Part shown: positions 1 to 11,245 of the stretch, in pieces | How the letters are laid out: the number at the start of each line of letters is the position of its first letter | Numbering within the stretch: the stretch's first letter is position 1 | NCBI RefSeq assembly: GCF_018977255.1 | Contig: NW_024704742.1 | Location: forward strand, 79,300,001-79,364,000 | DNA length: 64,000 bases | Direction of reading: 5' to 3' | Origin: Callorhinchus milii | Taxonomy: Eukaryota | Made by a program: the position numbers and the translations under genes | Notes under the pieces: model-generated | Told to the model about the DNA's origin: nothing | The model's database searches: none | What the model saw: only the letters and a program-made list of their open reading frames with translations

Positions 1-132
1 ATTGTTAGCCAGGACACCAGGAGAAACTCTCTTTTCTTTTTGAATGCCTTCTCTTGCTATGGGTTCACCTGAACAGGCAGATGGCACCTTGGATAACATC
101 TCATCTGATGGATGGCACCTTCGATATTGTAT
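1..132 (-). mobile_element. Deu-domain SINE fragment (runs off window start)
   Basis: Reverse complement matches the central part of the 820-1271 element (gatgag.tgtta..caagg...gcctgttcaggtg...ttcaaaaagaaaag...tttctcc.ggtgtcctggc). Confidence 0.6.
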
Positions 133-552
133 ACCCATCAAGTTTATTAATTGAATTTTTTAATTCTACCTTCAGAATCCATTGGACAACTTCAATATTC
201 TTGTCCTCGTCCTCCTCCACAGTCAGGGTCCTGAATAATATATTTGCCCAAGGGCCTGCGCAGCATTTCTGAATATAACAACCTCCTTAGCACGCCACAC
301 AACACTGCTAAAAGAGATACCTGCTGGAAGAGATTTACAGGCAAGAACATAGTGAGGTTGAATGAATATGATTGCTGGGGGAGCAATGAAGGGAGTACAT
401 CTATAGGTCTTTATTTTAGCCAATACTCATAATAATGGATAGGAGGCATTCAATGGAAGCTATGTTATCTGATCTGGCCGAAAAACAGTAGGATTTGGAA
501 ATGCCAGTTCCAAAGTGTTTGAATCACATTTAACAAAGATACAAGCACTTAC

Positions 553-722
553 AGAGCCTTATAATGCTGTGCTGGGCAGAAATTCAGTCGTAAGACAAAC
601 AGTGCATGAGGATGTTCTTGACAAAGATGTATGTGCTGCAGAAATCACAGTCATTCGAAGGCTAGGAGGATAACTTTCGGTACAGTATTTCTGCCAGTTG
701 GAAGTGTGATGTATTCGAAACG
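553..722 (-). other. Exon-like segment (strong splice sites, stops in all three frames)
   Basis: Acceptor ccattttctgcccacag and donor T|gtaagt. The phase-2 frame reads VSNTSHFQLAEILYRKLSS*, so this is either a terminal coding exon or a decayed exon. Confidence 0.3.
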
Positions 723-819
723 CTGTGGGCAGAAAATGGATTGAGAAATGTGGTGGTGATGTGATCACTTTTATCAGTGATGTTTATCACACCACATCAA
801 GCGCCATCCACCTCAATTT

Positions 820-1271
820 TGGCTCAGTTGGTAGCACTTTCACTTCTGACTCAGAAAGTTGTGGTGTTGAAGCCCCACATCAAGTCTTGGAAATCATACA
901 GTCTAAACTGGCATTCCAATGCAGTGCTGTGGGTGTGTTGCACTGTGGAGGATGGATTTAACCTGTCCTTTGGATGAGGTGTTAAATCAAGGCTCTGAGG
1001 CCTGTTCAGGTGGGTGTTAAGGAACCTATGGCACTATTCAAAAAGAGAAGGGGGGGTTCTCCCAGTGTCCTGGCAAGGATCCCCAAAATAAAATTAGTGA
1101 TAAAATCACTCACTTCACAGCTGTCTGTGGGACATTGCCGTGTGCAAGTTGGCTGTTGTGTTTGCCCGCTAAACACACAGTCCCTATGCTTTACCATATA
1201 TATTGTGAAGCATTTGGGGATGTCTTGTCAACGTGAAGGGTGCTATACCAAATGTAATTATTATTATTATT
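820..1271 (+). mobile_element. Near full-length Deu-domain tRNA SINE (SacSINE1/AmnSINE1-like superfamily)
   Basis: tRNA-like head tggctcagttggtagc...ctgactcagaaagttgtgg; Deu-like core ctttggatgaggtgttaaatcaagg...atggcactattcaaaaagagaagggggg ttctcccagtgtcctggc; L2-like 3' end and (ATT)n tail. Confidence 0.85.
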
Positions 1272-1552
1272 AATAATATGAAAGCATCCATTAACGATTT
1301 GAAGTACTCCCTAATTTCTTTGTGTTTCCCCTCTGTAATGTATCACTGTGACAAAGTTTCATACTTTATGAAAACAGCACCATTCCGTACATATGTCAAA
1401 CAGACTATCTCACCCAAACTGGATATATCAGGAGAATTTGAAAGCCATATAAATTCTGGTGGATTATCCATCAAGCACAATGCATTGTGTGGATGCACAA
1501 TTATCATAAAGGCATTGTCTAATATACAAACTAAGCAACTAATTGCACTTAC

Positions 1553-1664
1553 ATCTGTAGAATAGCAGCAATTGTAATGCCTGGTAGGTAGTGTCGGAGC
1601 CAGTAGAGATTCTTCATGAATGAAATGTTCATTTGGAACAGAAGTTGACATTTCGGTTGAAACA
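1553..1664 (-). other. Candidate exon of the minus-strand model
   Basis: Donor AT|gtaagt with a weak acceptor. Open phase 1>2 frame FQPKCQLLFQMNISFMKNLYWLRHYLPGITIAAILQ. Confidence 0.25.
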
Positions 1665-1714
1665 CTGAATTAATCAGTATGGTAAACACTCAACTCTATT
1701 TAAAGCAGGAGTGG

Positions 1715-2455
1715 GGTATTATGTGTGAAAAAGTCAAACAGTGTGAGGTAGCAATAAACAAGCCAAACAAGATGTTGGTCTTTATTGCCAAATTGGTTGG
1801 GTTTAGATTAACAGAAAGGCATAGGAGAACAATAATAATAATAATAATCCTTGCATTTGTTATAGCGCTTTTCACGTCGGGAGGACGTCCCAAAGCGCTT
1901 CACAGAACACACTATAAAGTGAATTGACTGTATATTTGTGGGCGAACGCGGCAGCCAATTGCGCACAGCAATGTCCCACAAACAGTCGTAGATTGAAAAT
2001 GACCAATTTTGTTATTGTTTTTGTTTTGTAGGGATTATTATTAGGCTCTGTGTGGAGTAAGGAAACTTGCCCAAGGTTGATTCACCCATTGTTAAGAGGA
2101 ATGAGATCTGAGCAACGATTAGACAAGCTAGAGCTCTTCAGTTTTGATAGCAGATGTCTCAGATGTGATCTTATCGAAGTATAGATTTTAAATGGATTGG
2201 AAAAGGAAACTCAGAACACTATTTTTGGATGCATCAACAGCAGAACAGTTGTTAATTACTCTCGAGTAAATAAATACTTTTTAATAACCAGAACAGATTA
2301 CCGAGAGGTTTGGTGGAAACCAGGGCACTGGACTTTTTTTTTTAAAATTCGTTGATACCCTGATACTGTGATGGGAAGATGGTAGTGTGGTTATTTTGAA
2401 AGGATAGGATCAAATTGGCCTTCTTCATCTGAAACAATCTTGTGAGCTTGTGAAT
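1715..2455 (+). mobile_element. Degenerate CR1 LINE 3' fragment interrupted by a SINE
   Basis: Translates QCEVAINKPNKMLVFIAK before the SINE and RLDKLELFSFDSRCLRCDLIEV after it (CR1 ORF2 C-terminal motifs). Ends in ggccttcttcatc...cttgtgagcttgtga tail. Confidence 0.75.
1831..2078 (-). mobile_element. Young tRNA-derived SINE, 5'-truncated
   Basis: Nearly identical to the 3' ~245 bp of the 3107-3430 copy; (AAT)n tail. Confidence 0.9.
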
Positions 2456-2909
2456 CAACCCTGTCCATTGTCTTATGTCCATATTCACCACAAGCAAAGT
2501 AGATTCCTGTTACATCATCTACACACTATCTTTTCTGAGTTTCATTTGTATGGCTGGATTCTTCAATGTGAAGATTTATGTGTTCAATAGCTGGATTAAA
2601 CATCTGTTTGAAAGGATATTATGTTTGCCAGGCTTAGTTGTCGGCTACGAGAATAGACTCTGAAATACTAATGTTTTAAAGTAGAAAGCAGTATTTGATA
2701 TGTTATTTTAGCTTTGATATATTACTTATTTTGATACAGTTTCTGGGAAAATGAAGCATCTTTGAATTTTAAAACTGAGGTGCAGGATGAATCAATCTCA
2801 CATCAGGTGCACTCCCGAATAGCTGCTCATCCCACAGCAATAGGTCCCATTGCTAATCTTTGTTTTGGTCAGGAGCCGGTTGTCTGATGCATGCAGAAAC
2901 TCATCCCCA

Positions 2910-3775
2910 TACTTAAGAGTATCCAAACCAAACTGAGAATTCCATGCATCCCACCTACACATGGAAAATCCAGAGATAGATTGTTGAAATGGAATGCGCT
3001 CTCTCTCTGGGGGGACATATTATGGTTACCTAATTCTGGTCCCTAATTCTTGGGGACTAGAGTGTGCATTGGGGTACTGTTGGAGTCTAACCAGCTAAAA
3101 GGACTCGTGGAGTCCTGTAGCTCAGTGGTTAGAGCACTCGCTTTGCAAGTGAGAGACCCGAGTTCAATTCCAGGCAGAGGGCGAAACCTTGGGCAAGTTT
3201 CCTTACTCCACACGCCTAATAATAATCCCTCCAAAAACCAAAAAGAATAATAAATTGGTCATTTTCAATCTACGACTGTTTGTGGGACATTGCTGTGTGC
3301 AATTGGCTGCCGCGTTCGCCCACAAATATACAGTCAATTCACTTTACAGTGTGTTCTGTGAAGCGCTTTGGGACATCCTCCCGATGTGAAAAGCGCTATA
3401 TCAAATGCAAGGATTATTATTATTATTATTAAAACCATAGAGCTTGCCATTGATATCGATAATTGGGAAGCATTCCTGCTGCTTGTCCAGCTAGGACCAC
3501 CCTAACCGTTAGAACTTTAGCCTGCAGGGTTAATGGGAGTTGAGTGATGATTCATTGCCTCCAGTGACTGGTCTGCCCTTCCAGGTCCTGCTGATGATCC
3601 AGTTCAGCTCCAAGGAGACCCCACTTACCTTCCCTGCCACCCCCCCCCCCCCCACTCTTCTGGAGGATAGTCACTAATTCCACTAATTGATCATTTGACA
3701 TCAAAAATGCATGGGTTTGAAACCTCACCAGTTAGATGGCAGGTACCAGGAACTCATTGTGACCTTACTGGTGAG
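2910..3775 (-). mobile_element. Unclassified ancient SINE-like repeat, split by the young SINE at 3107-3430
   Basis: Colinear homology with 22285-22730 and 52225-52830 (cagcaggac.tgga.gg.cagacca.tcactgg; ttttagctgg; ccagggagaga.tg.acattcca; tggtttggatac). Confidence 0.6.
3107..3430 (+). mobile_element. Full-length young tRNA(Ala)-derived SINE
   Basis: A box tagctcagtggttagagc, anticodon arm ctcgc-TTTGCAA-gtgag, B box gagttcaattcc; 3' stem-loop shared with the local L2; (ATT)n tail. Near-identical copies elsewhere in the window. Confidence 0.95.
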
Positions 3776-4763
3776 CAGCACAGCGCATGAGAGCACAGCA
3801 GACCCTAATGTGGCAACGAATTTTAAAAAAGATTATATCAATGGCACAAGAATATGCCAGGGCATCTGAGGATCTGTGATTCCGTCGGTGAGTTGATAAA
3901 TGCTGATGTCTGCTCAGACTTAAAAGAAGGCAGAACCAGCTGCACAAAAGAGTCCACCTCATTTAAACTGGAGCATCAAGATGAAGTGTTAACAGTGTGC
4001 TGTCCCCAGTGAATGTTCCACTGACTTGACAAATGCATTCTGCTATGCTCTCATTTGGAACAGATAACAGGTCTCTTTAGGTGAGCTGAATCAGTGCACA
4101 TTCTGAACCAGGTTGACCAGTACAGGTAGTTCAGGTAGCTGAAGTTTTACTTTTATTCTAGAGATGCAAGGTTCAGGTCACAAGCAAGAGAAAGAGCATG
4201 AATATCCCAATATGATTTTTTGGGGGAGTATTATTCCACTGTTGCAAAAGATAAAGCCTTGAACGGTGACAGAGGGACAATCGGAATTTCAGAAACACTG
4301 CATGAGCATTTCATTAGTTTAAATAAAAGATGCAATTTTCCACCTTGCACTGATCAAATGTTCAGTAGTTGTGTTGAAGATCCTATTAAAACAATAAATT
4401 GGGGTATCTAAATTGGTATTGAAAGACCAGTAAGTTGGCAAACTTACATTTTCCCGCTGTCTCTGAGGCTTATAGAACATGAGGGTATTTAATTATGAGC
4501 TAAGTAGATGTAAAATCTGACCTGTGTGCAGAACGCTGTAGCTTTGATAGATTGAACAGACACTTGTGCAGTGAGAAATGGCATGTGCACCAATTCTAGC
4601 TGGCACTGTATTACCTGAGAGGGAAGATGGATGTCAGGGACATAAGGGACCATATATGGATGGCTCTCTATAAGGGATCAGATCCACAGCAGAGGGTTCT
4701 ACAGTTCTAGCCGGTTCAATATAAACCCTCCCAGTTCTGAAGAGATTATCTTGACAGAGATTT

Positions 4764-5189
4764 TAATAATAAGTTTAATAATCCCTGCATTTGACATAGC
4801 ACCTAATCACATCATTGAGACGTCTCAAAACGCTACGAAAGATATATTATAAAGTGGATTGACCGTGTTTTGTGGACAAACGCAACAGCCAATTTGCGCA
4901 AAGCAATGTCCCACAAATAGACATGACCAGTGAATCACCAGTTTTATTTGGGGGATTTTGGCCAGAACACTGGGATAAACTTCCTTCTCTTTTCGAATAG
5001 CACCCTGGGATCCTTAATGTCCACCTGGACAAGCAGTCAGAACCTCGGTTAACGTTTCAACTGAAGAACAGCACCTCTGACAATGTAGCACATCCCGAGC
5101 ACTATCCTGGAGCATCAGCACAGCCTATAAAAGTACAGAAACCTGATGTAGGGCTTCAACCCACAAACTCAATGATACCAAATGAGTCA
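4764..5189 (-). mobile_element. Deu-domain SINE
   Basis: Reverse complement is colinear with 820-1271 from head to tail. Confidence 0.8.
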
Positions 5190-5337
5190 GGTTAACACAC
5201 CTTTTATGATATACATGTGTTATGTGCTGCATTATATGGATTAATCATGGGAATGTTAATGTGAGATTCTCCCACAACCATTCTACAGCTTTGAGAAGCA
5301 AAGACAACAGCCAATGACAAAACACAGACTAATTATA

Positions 5338-5642
5338 ATATAGAAGGGTAGGAATTAATCATAAGGATTGAAATAACCTACTATAAATCATGAAATGCTC
5401 ATTTTTTGAATGGTAAGTAACCAGTTCAACTGAACAATAAAAATCAGTATAAGGTTCTGTAAGGACAGCAAGCTTTCCAACTAGTGTAATTTAGGCCAAA
5501 ATAATAGTAATTCGGTCACTCAATCCACGACTGTTTGTGGGACACTGCTGTGTGCATTTAGCTGCCACATTTTGCCCACAAAATACGCAGTCAATTCACT
5601 TTAAAGAATATTTGTTGAAATGCAAGGATTATTATTATTATT
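5338..5642 (+). mobile_element. Chimeric repeat: unknown ~165-bp 5' segment fused to the SINE 3' half (copy 1)
   Basis: Same arrangement at 28936-29305, sharing aggattgaaataaccta...tttttgaatggtaagtaa...gttcaactgaacaataaaa.tcagt.taaggttctg. Confidence 0.65.
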
Positions 5643-5713
5643 AATTGACATTCTTTAAAAATATATTTATGGGGAGCTATTTTACAGTCAATTTGTAGTA
5701 AATTAAACACTTT

Positions 5714-6042
5714 TAATAATAATAATAATAATAATAATCCTTGCATTTGATATAGCGCTTTTCACGTCAGGAGGACGTCCCAAAGCGCTTCACAGAACAC
5801 ACTGTAAAGTGAATTGACTGTATATTTGTGGGCGAACGCGGCAGCCAATTGCGCACAGCAATGTCCAAAAACAGTCGTAGATTGAAAATGACCAATTTAA
5901 TTATTGTTTATGGTTTTTTGGAGGAATTATTATTAGGCGTGTGGAGTAAGGAAACTTGCCTAAGGTTTCGCCCTGCCTGGAATTGAACTCAGGTCTCTCA
6001 CTTGCAAAGCGAGTGCTCTAACCACTGAGCTACAGGACTCCA
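5714..6042 (-). mobile_element. Full-length young tRNA(Ala)-derived SINE
   Basis: Reverse complement of the 3107-3430 family with few differences. Confidence 0.95.
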
Positions 6043-6331
6043 ATTTAAAAAATTGTCTTAGCCACAACCATATTCCTACGTAAAAGAAAATTGGAAGCAT
6101 AAGGGCTCGCAACGTTTTAAAAGCCTGTGGTTTTACTGATCTGCTAGAAGGTGTAAAAGAAACAAGTGTAGATACAGAATGCTGTTCTGAACAAAACATG
6201 ATGTTAGTGCTGCTGGCCATCCACTCCTGCCACAAACTGAACGGCTCTTTGAAGTTTACAAAGTTAAAGTTCAATGAACAAAGGGCAATTATCTTTGAAT
6301 GGTTTGTTAAAGTCCAAGAACAAGTACTTAC

Positions 6332-6371
6332 AGTTCACTTGAGTTTGCAGGGTGCAAATTGCGCTACTTAT
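6332..6371 (-). other. Candidate 40-nt exon of the minus-strand model
   Basis: Acceptor tcttgtcctctcacag and donor T|gtaagt. Only one frame is open (ISSAICTLQTQVN, phase 0>1). Confidence 0.3.
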
Positions 6372-7024
6372 CTGTGAGAGGACAAGACTACATAAGGCAA
6401 CAGAGGGCAAAATTTCTGACAGCAGAGAGCAAGTGAGAAAAAGAATGACCTGCTTGTCCCAATTAGAACTTGCTGTTGAATCCACACTTCGAAACTGGCA
6501 ATTTTTTGGTTTATTTTATTTATTTTATTCAATCCATTATGCTCCATAATGTATTGTGCACATTATAATATTAATAATCCTTGTATTTGATATAGCACTT
6601 TTCACGTCTTCTAGACGTCCCAAAGCGCTTCACAGAATTATGTATATTATTTTATTTGTAGATCACTAATTAAATCCTAATTGGAAAATGAAACTGGTGA
6701 GATTACTGATTTTTTGTCACCTAGATATGAGATGGAGAAACAAAATCCCAGTTTGTTAATTGTCCATTCTGAGTTTGTTAATTATACCTACAAGAAAACA
6801 ACCCACACCACAACACTGGGTATGGCTGAAAACTTTAGTTACTTTGCAAGTAAATAGAAATCGATCAAGCTGAACCCAGACAAAGATACAAAATTGCGGC
6901 AAGTTTTAGGTAATATTTTGAAGCTGAGAAATATTTAACATACTTACTGTCATTTCACAGAAACACTGATCTTTAGATATGTTAAGCTCTATTTCCTCAT
7001 CTAAATCATTGATATAGACTGTAA

Positions 7025-7245
7025 ATAATTGAGGCCCAGTCACTGATCCTTGTGGCACTTCCTGACAATCTGACAAGGACCCTTTTATCCCTATTCTCTG
7101 TTTTCATCCTGTTAGTCACTCTACCATCCATGCTAATATATTACCTTCAATTCCATGGACTCTAATCATATGCAACAGTCTTTTATATGGCACTTTGTCA
7201 AATGCCTTCTGAAAATCCAAATGCACCACATCTACTGGTTCCTCC
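7025..7245 (-). mobile_element. CR1 LINE reverse-transcriptase fragment
   Basis: Minus-strand translation EEPVDVVHLDFQKAFDKVPYKRLLHMIRVHGIEGNILAW...VPQGSV. Confidence 0.8.
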
Positions 7246-7248
7246 CTA

Positions 7249-7567
7249 TGTGGAGCCTGTTTAGCGCAGTGATTAGAGCTCTCGTCTCTCAAGCGAGAGA
7301 CCTGGGTTCAATTCCCGGCAGGGCAAAACCTTGGGCATTTCCTTACTCCACACACCTAATAATAATCCTTCAAGAAAAAAATAATACTAAATTGGTCACT
7401 TCAATCCATGACTGTTTGTGGGACACTGCTGTGCGCATTTCGGCTGCTGCATTTCGCCCACAAATATACAGTCCATTCACTTTACAGTATATTCTAAGAA
7501 GCACTTTGAGACATCTAGAAGATGTGAAAAGTGCTTTATCAAATGCAAGGATTATTATTATTATAAT
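7249..7567 (+). mobile_element. tRNA-derived SINE (moderately diverged)
   Basis: Colinear with 3107-3430. Confidence 0.9.
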
Positions 7568-7874
7568 GCAGAGCTGATTTATGGCACATTTTCTATTGCC
7601 CATAAATTGGTAGCATGAATGAACTAATGTTCTCTAGCCCTCTGGAGTGACTCTTTTTCTCACCCCTCCACTATTCTCCTTTACTCTAGCTTTTTCTCTG
7701 GTTAGATACATATTTAGCAATCAGACCATAGCAATGATTCAGTGCATTGTAAAGGTTAGACATGTTCACAGTAAGGTCATTAAATAAGAACATAGTGTTA
7801 AGAAGAAAGGAGCAATAGTCACCATAGTCTATTCTTTCTACTGAAAAGGATTTGCTCTGCACAACAGTCTGCTC

Positions 7875-8182
7875 ATAATAATAATAATAATCCTTGCATT
7901 TGATATAGCGCCTTATCATGTTGTTGAGATGTCTCAAAGCACTTCACAGAATGTAAAGTGAAAATATAAAATGCATATTTTGTGAGCAAAACGTAGCAGC
8001 CAATCATGCTCAGCAGTGTCCCACAAACAGTCGTGGCTTGATTGACCAATTTTTTTTTGTGTGAAGGGATTACTACCCCCGGAAATCGATCCGCCAATCA
8101 ACTAACAACTGGGTTTCTACTTTAGGTAAACAGAGACGTGTTGAATAAGGAAACTTGCCTCAGATTTTGCCTGCCCCGGGAA
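7875..8182 (-). mobile_element. Long-variant tRNA SINE, partial
   Basis: Contains the extra ctctgtttacct...gattggcggatcg..ttccggggg segment plus the shared tail. Confidence 0.8.
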
Positions 8183-8649
8183 CTAGCTTTAAAATAAGTG
8201 AAGGGAAAAGAGGTTGATCCTCCGGGGCTAGGATATCTCTAGACATTGAATTTTCCCACAATGGAATGATTATTTACTGCTTGGATTAATATGAGATTGA
8301 GAATGAATCCCATTAAAACAAAATTCAAAATTATTCTTCAACGTATTTTAAATGGAGGAATGTGGTGAGGTTGTGGGAAGGGAATAGCCCTACAGGTCTT
8401 GTTAAGTACATCAAGTAGTTGTGCTATCTCACCATTTCAGTACGGGTTCATTTAATTTAAAGTTCAGTCAAGGCGACATTTCCTAAAACAACATTGAAGT
8501 GCTAACATCTGCAGGTCAGCAGGCTCAAAAGCAACTGGCTGCGATAACTAGCTTAAGCAAAGTGAGGGGAAAAGGGTTAGTTCCTCTGCGGCAGTTATGG
8601 GCTAATATATCTCCAGACATCGAATGTTCCCACAATGTGATGATTACTC

Positions 8650-8825
8650 ACTTCATTCAAGGTCTGTCTCAAGACCTACCTCTTTGACTGTGTTTTGGTT
8701 ATCTTCCCTTCCCCACCCTTTGGCTCCCACCTCCAGCTCGGGTGCCCAACCAGAATTGTTAAGCAACTTGGGAGGTCCTCCTGACGTGACGCTTTGTAAA
8801 TGTAAATTTGTATTGCATTGTATTA
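8650..8825 (+). mobile_element. L2 LINE 3' terminus, (TGTAT)n-tailed subfamily
   Basis: ttcaagg...ctcaagacctacctctttgac and a terminal aaatgtaaatttgtattgcattgtatt. Similar remnants near 11550-11705 and 14810-14890. Confidence 0.65.
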
Positions 8826-9069
8826 TCACTGGGATAATTACCACCTAATTAAGCCACAATTTTCACCCCAATGGGTAAGATACATATTGCCAGAATCCAA
8901 CACCAACAAGCTGTGAATTTCTAAGCACTGTTTCAGGCAAGCTGAGCTCATTACTGGATTAAAGCAGGTGTGTACACCAGAGGAAACTCACTTACAATGT
9001 CGGCACACCATCAGCATTCAAATGGCATCGTTGTGGATGAGTAAAGTGCAGAACCACTATTTCCTTCCT

Positions 9070-9460
9070 TCCCCAATTTTCTTCCCTCTGTTTCGCATCC
9101 CCCGAGACACAGTTCCACAGGCACCAGTCATTCACTAAAGCAGTCTAATTCTTCACATGTGAGCCAGGGCAATCGGCATTCGCAGGCTATTTAAGAACTG
9201 TCACAGCCAAACCTGATCTTGTTCTCACATGGCATAGCATCCAGCAGAGGTCTCTGGATGGTGATAAGAAGCAGCAACCCTGATTGCTTCTCTGCTCAGT
9301 GCTGCTGAGGCCAGTTGTAGTGCCAAAACTATTGCTCTAAATGAGATCAGTTAACTCAGCCCAGACTGGGATTCAAACCTACAATGCTTATAGTCTGTCT
9401 GCCCAGTCTGTCTGTCAAGTCATACACTTAGAGGTGCTTTTAAGCACCAGACCATGGGAG
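9070..9460 (-). mobile_element. Old tRNA SINE resembling AmnSINE2/LmeSINE2-type elements
   Basis: gctgaggccagttgtagtgcc...tgagatcagttaactcagcccagactgggattcaaacct. Related remnants at ~22040-22280, ~30120-30380, ~43570-43830 and ~44350-44470. The family name is from recall. Confidence 0.5.
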
Positions 9461-9571
9461 TAAGATCTGTCACACTTCCAAATCCAGAGTTTTGGGCAAA
9501 ATTAGCTCTTCCTGAATGACAGAGCTAGAGTCTAATTCAGAGAACAATATACTTCTGAAAGTTCCCAGTGA

Positions 9572-10447
9572 GAGCTAACTTTCTTCAGTTGAACATCAAC
9601 AAGACCGAGGCTTTCCTGATTGGCTCCGTCAGCGCCTCCTCACCTCAGGTGCTGACAGCATCACCATCCATGGTTGCACACTCCACCTCACTGAGCCAGT
9701 CCGGAACCTTGGGGTCTTGTTTGACCCTCAACAATCCTTTCTAACCCACATCTGTGCCATGACCCGTTCTGCCTTCCCCCACCTCTGCAACGTAGCCCGG
9801 CTCCTACACTGTCTCACACCGCAGACCGCCGAAACCCTCATACACGCCTTCATTACATCAAGGTTTGACTATGCAAACTCCTTGCTTGTCGGCCTCCCCA
9901 AGTCCTCCCTCCATAGGCTGCAGATCATCCAGATTTCTACAGTCTGTGTCCTTTCCCACACCAGACTCCATGACCCTACCAACACCATCCTCACCTGACT
10001 CCACTGGCTTCCCATCACATTAGAGGATATAGTTCAAGATCCTGGTCCTCACCTTCAAAACCCTCCTGGTCGTGCTCTCCCCTATCTCTGCGACCTCCAA
10101 GCCCCCTACCATCCTGCTCGCTCCCTCCACTCAGTCGGCTCCGGCCTACTTCACATTCCCTGCCTCGCCCGCCCCACTATTGGTGGCCGGTCTTTCTGCC
10201 ACTCTGCCCCCACTCTCTCGAACTCCATCCCACAGTCCCTCTGCCTCGCCTCTTCCCTTGTCTCCTTCAAGACCCATCTCGAGATGCTTCTCTTCAACCG
10301 TGCTTTTGATCTCCCTGCTTCCCCCATTGCCCTCCACCATCCCCAATCCCAACCCTCAGCTCGGGTCCGAAACTCTGACTGTCCAGCGCCTTGGTATGTC
10401 CTCCCGATGTGAAAGGCACAATACAAATGTAATTTTGTTGTTGTTAT
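9572..10447 (+). mobile_element. L2 LINE 3' fragment
   Basis: ORF2 C-terminal motifs (FLQLNINKTE; ETLIHAFITSRFDYANSLLVGLP; LHWLP), 3' UTR and (TTG)n tail. Confidence 0.9.
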
Positions 10448-11245
10448 GCTGCAAGCAAAATATGAGTTCTTAAGAAATACTATTATTGAGATTTTAGTGG
10501 AAAATTTATTCTGATATCATAGCATCTCTACAGTGAACATAAAACTATTTTGAGAACAGCTTCTGGTAATAGCTGCAGACTCCAGGTAAACTATGTGCTC
10601 TTTAAAGAGGATACAGTTAGAACATATAGGTTTGCTGTGACAAATCAGTTACCCCGTTTCGTCTGCATAATAACAAGCACTTCATTTCCATTTAATCTCA
10701 TTGCGTAAAACATGTCAAGACATTTACATGCAACTTGTTACTGTGCTGTGCAATTATTTTCAAATACATTTGCATGTAAAAGCAGCTCTTGTGACTCAAT
10801 CTATGCTGACTTTCTAAGACAAGAGGTTTATTTTACATAATGGAAAACTTCAAAGTGGGTTGCAGTTTTCAATGAAATATCTCTACATGTTCTCTAAGTA
10901 TGGAGAATTAGAGAATTTAGATATTCAGTTGAATTGAAAGTTGGATTAAAGCAATCCCGTAAAGTTTCTTTCTTACATTATCCTTTGTTTTGTTGGCAAT
11001 AGCATTCTCAGGAAAGTGTTCAGTAGTTTGAACGATACATGTCTCCGGGCATTCACCATAACCTGATTATACTGCAGATATGCTGTGAATCAATCATGTT
11101 ATTATCATCTCTTATAAGAGAACCCAAGAAAGTTTGGGATGAAGGTCGCTTATTTGCCCATTTGTTCCCAGCTGTCCAGAGGCCCATTCCAACATCTTTT
11201 CATTGTATAAGCAAGCTGTTTCTCAAGCGAAGCCATCCCACTGAC

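Noticed and set aside
1414..1554. Alternative minus-strand exon VSAISCLVCILDNAF...SSL (phase 1>1)
   Set aside because: It competes with the 1553-1664 exon, whose gtaagt donor lies at its start. I cannot choose between them from sequence alone, so it is not listed separately.
3107..3182. tRNA-Ala(TGC)-like cloverleaf (also at 5965-6042, 34160-34235, 38850-38926)
   Set aside because: Each runs directly into the SINE body and tail, lacks a terminator and has imperfect acceptor/T stems. These are SINE heads, not tRNA genes.
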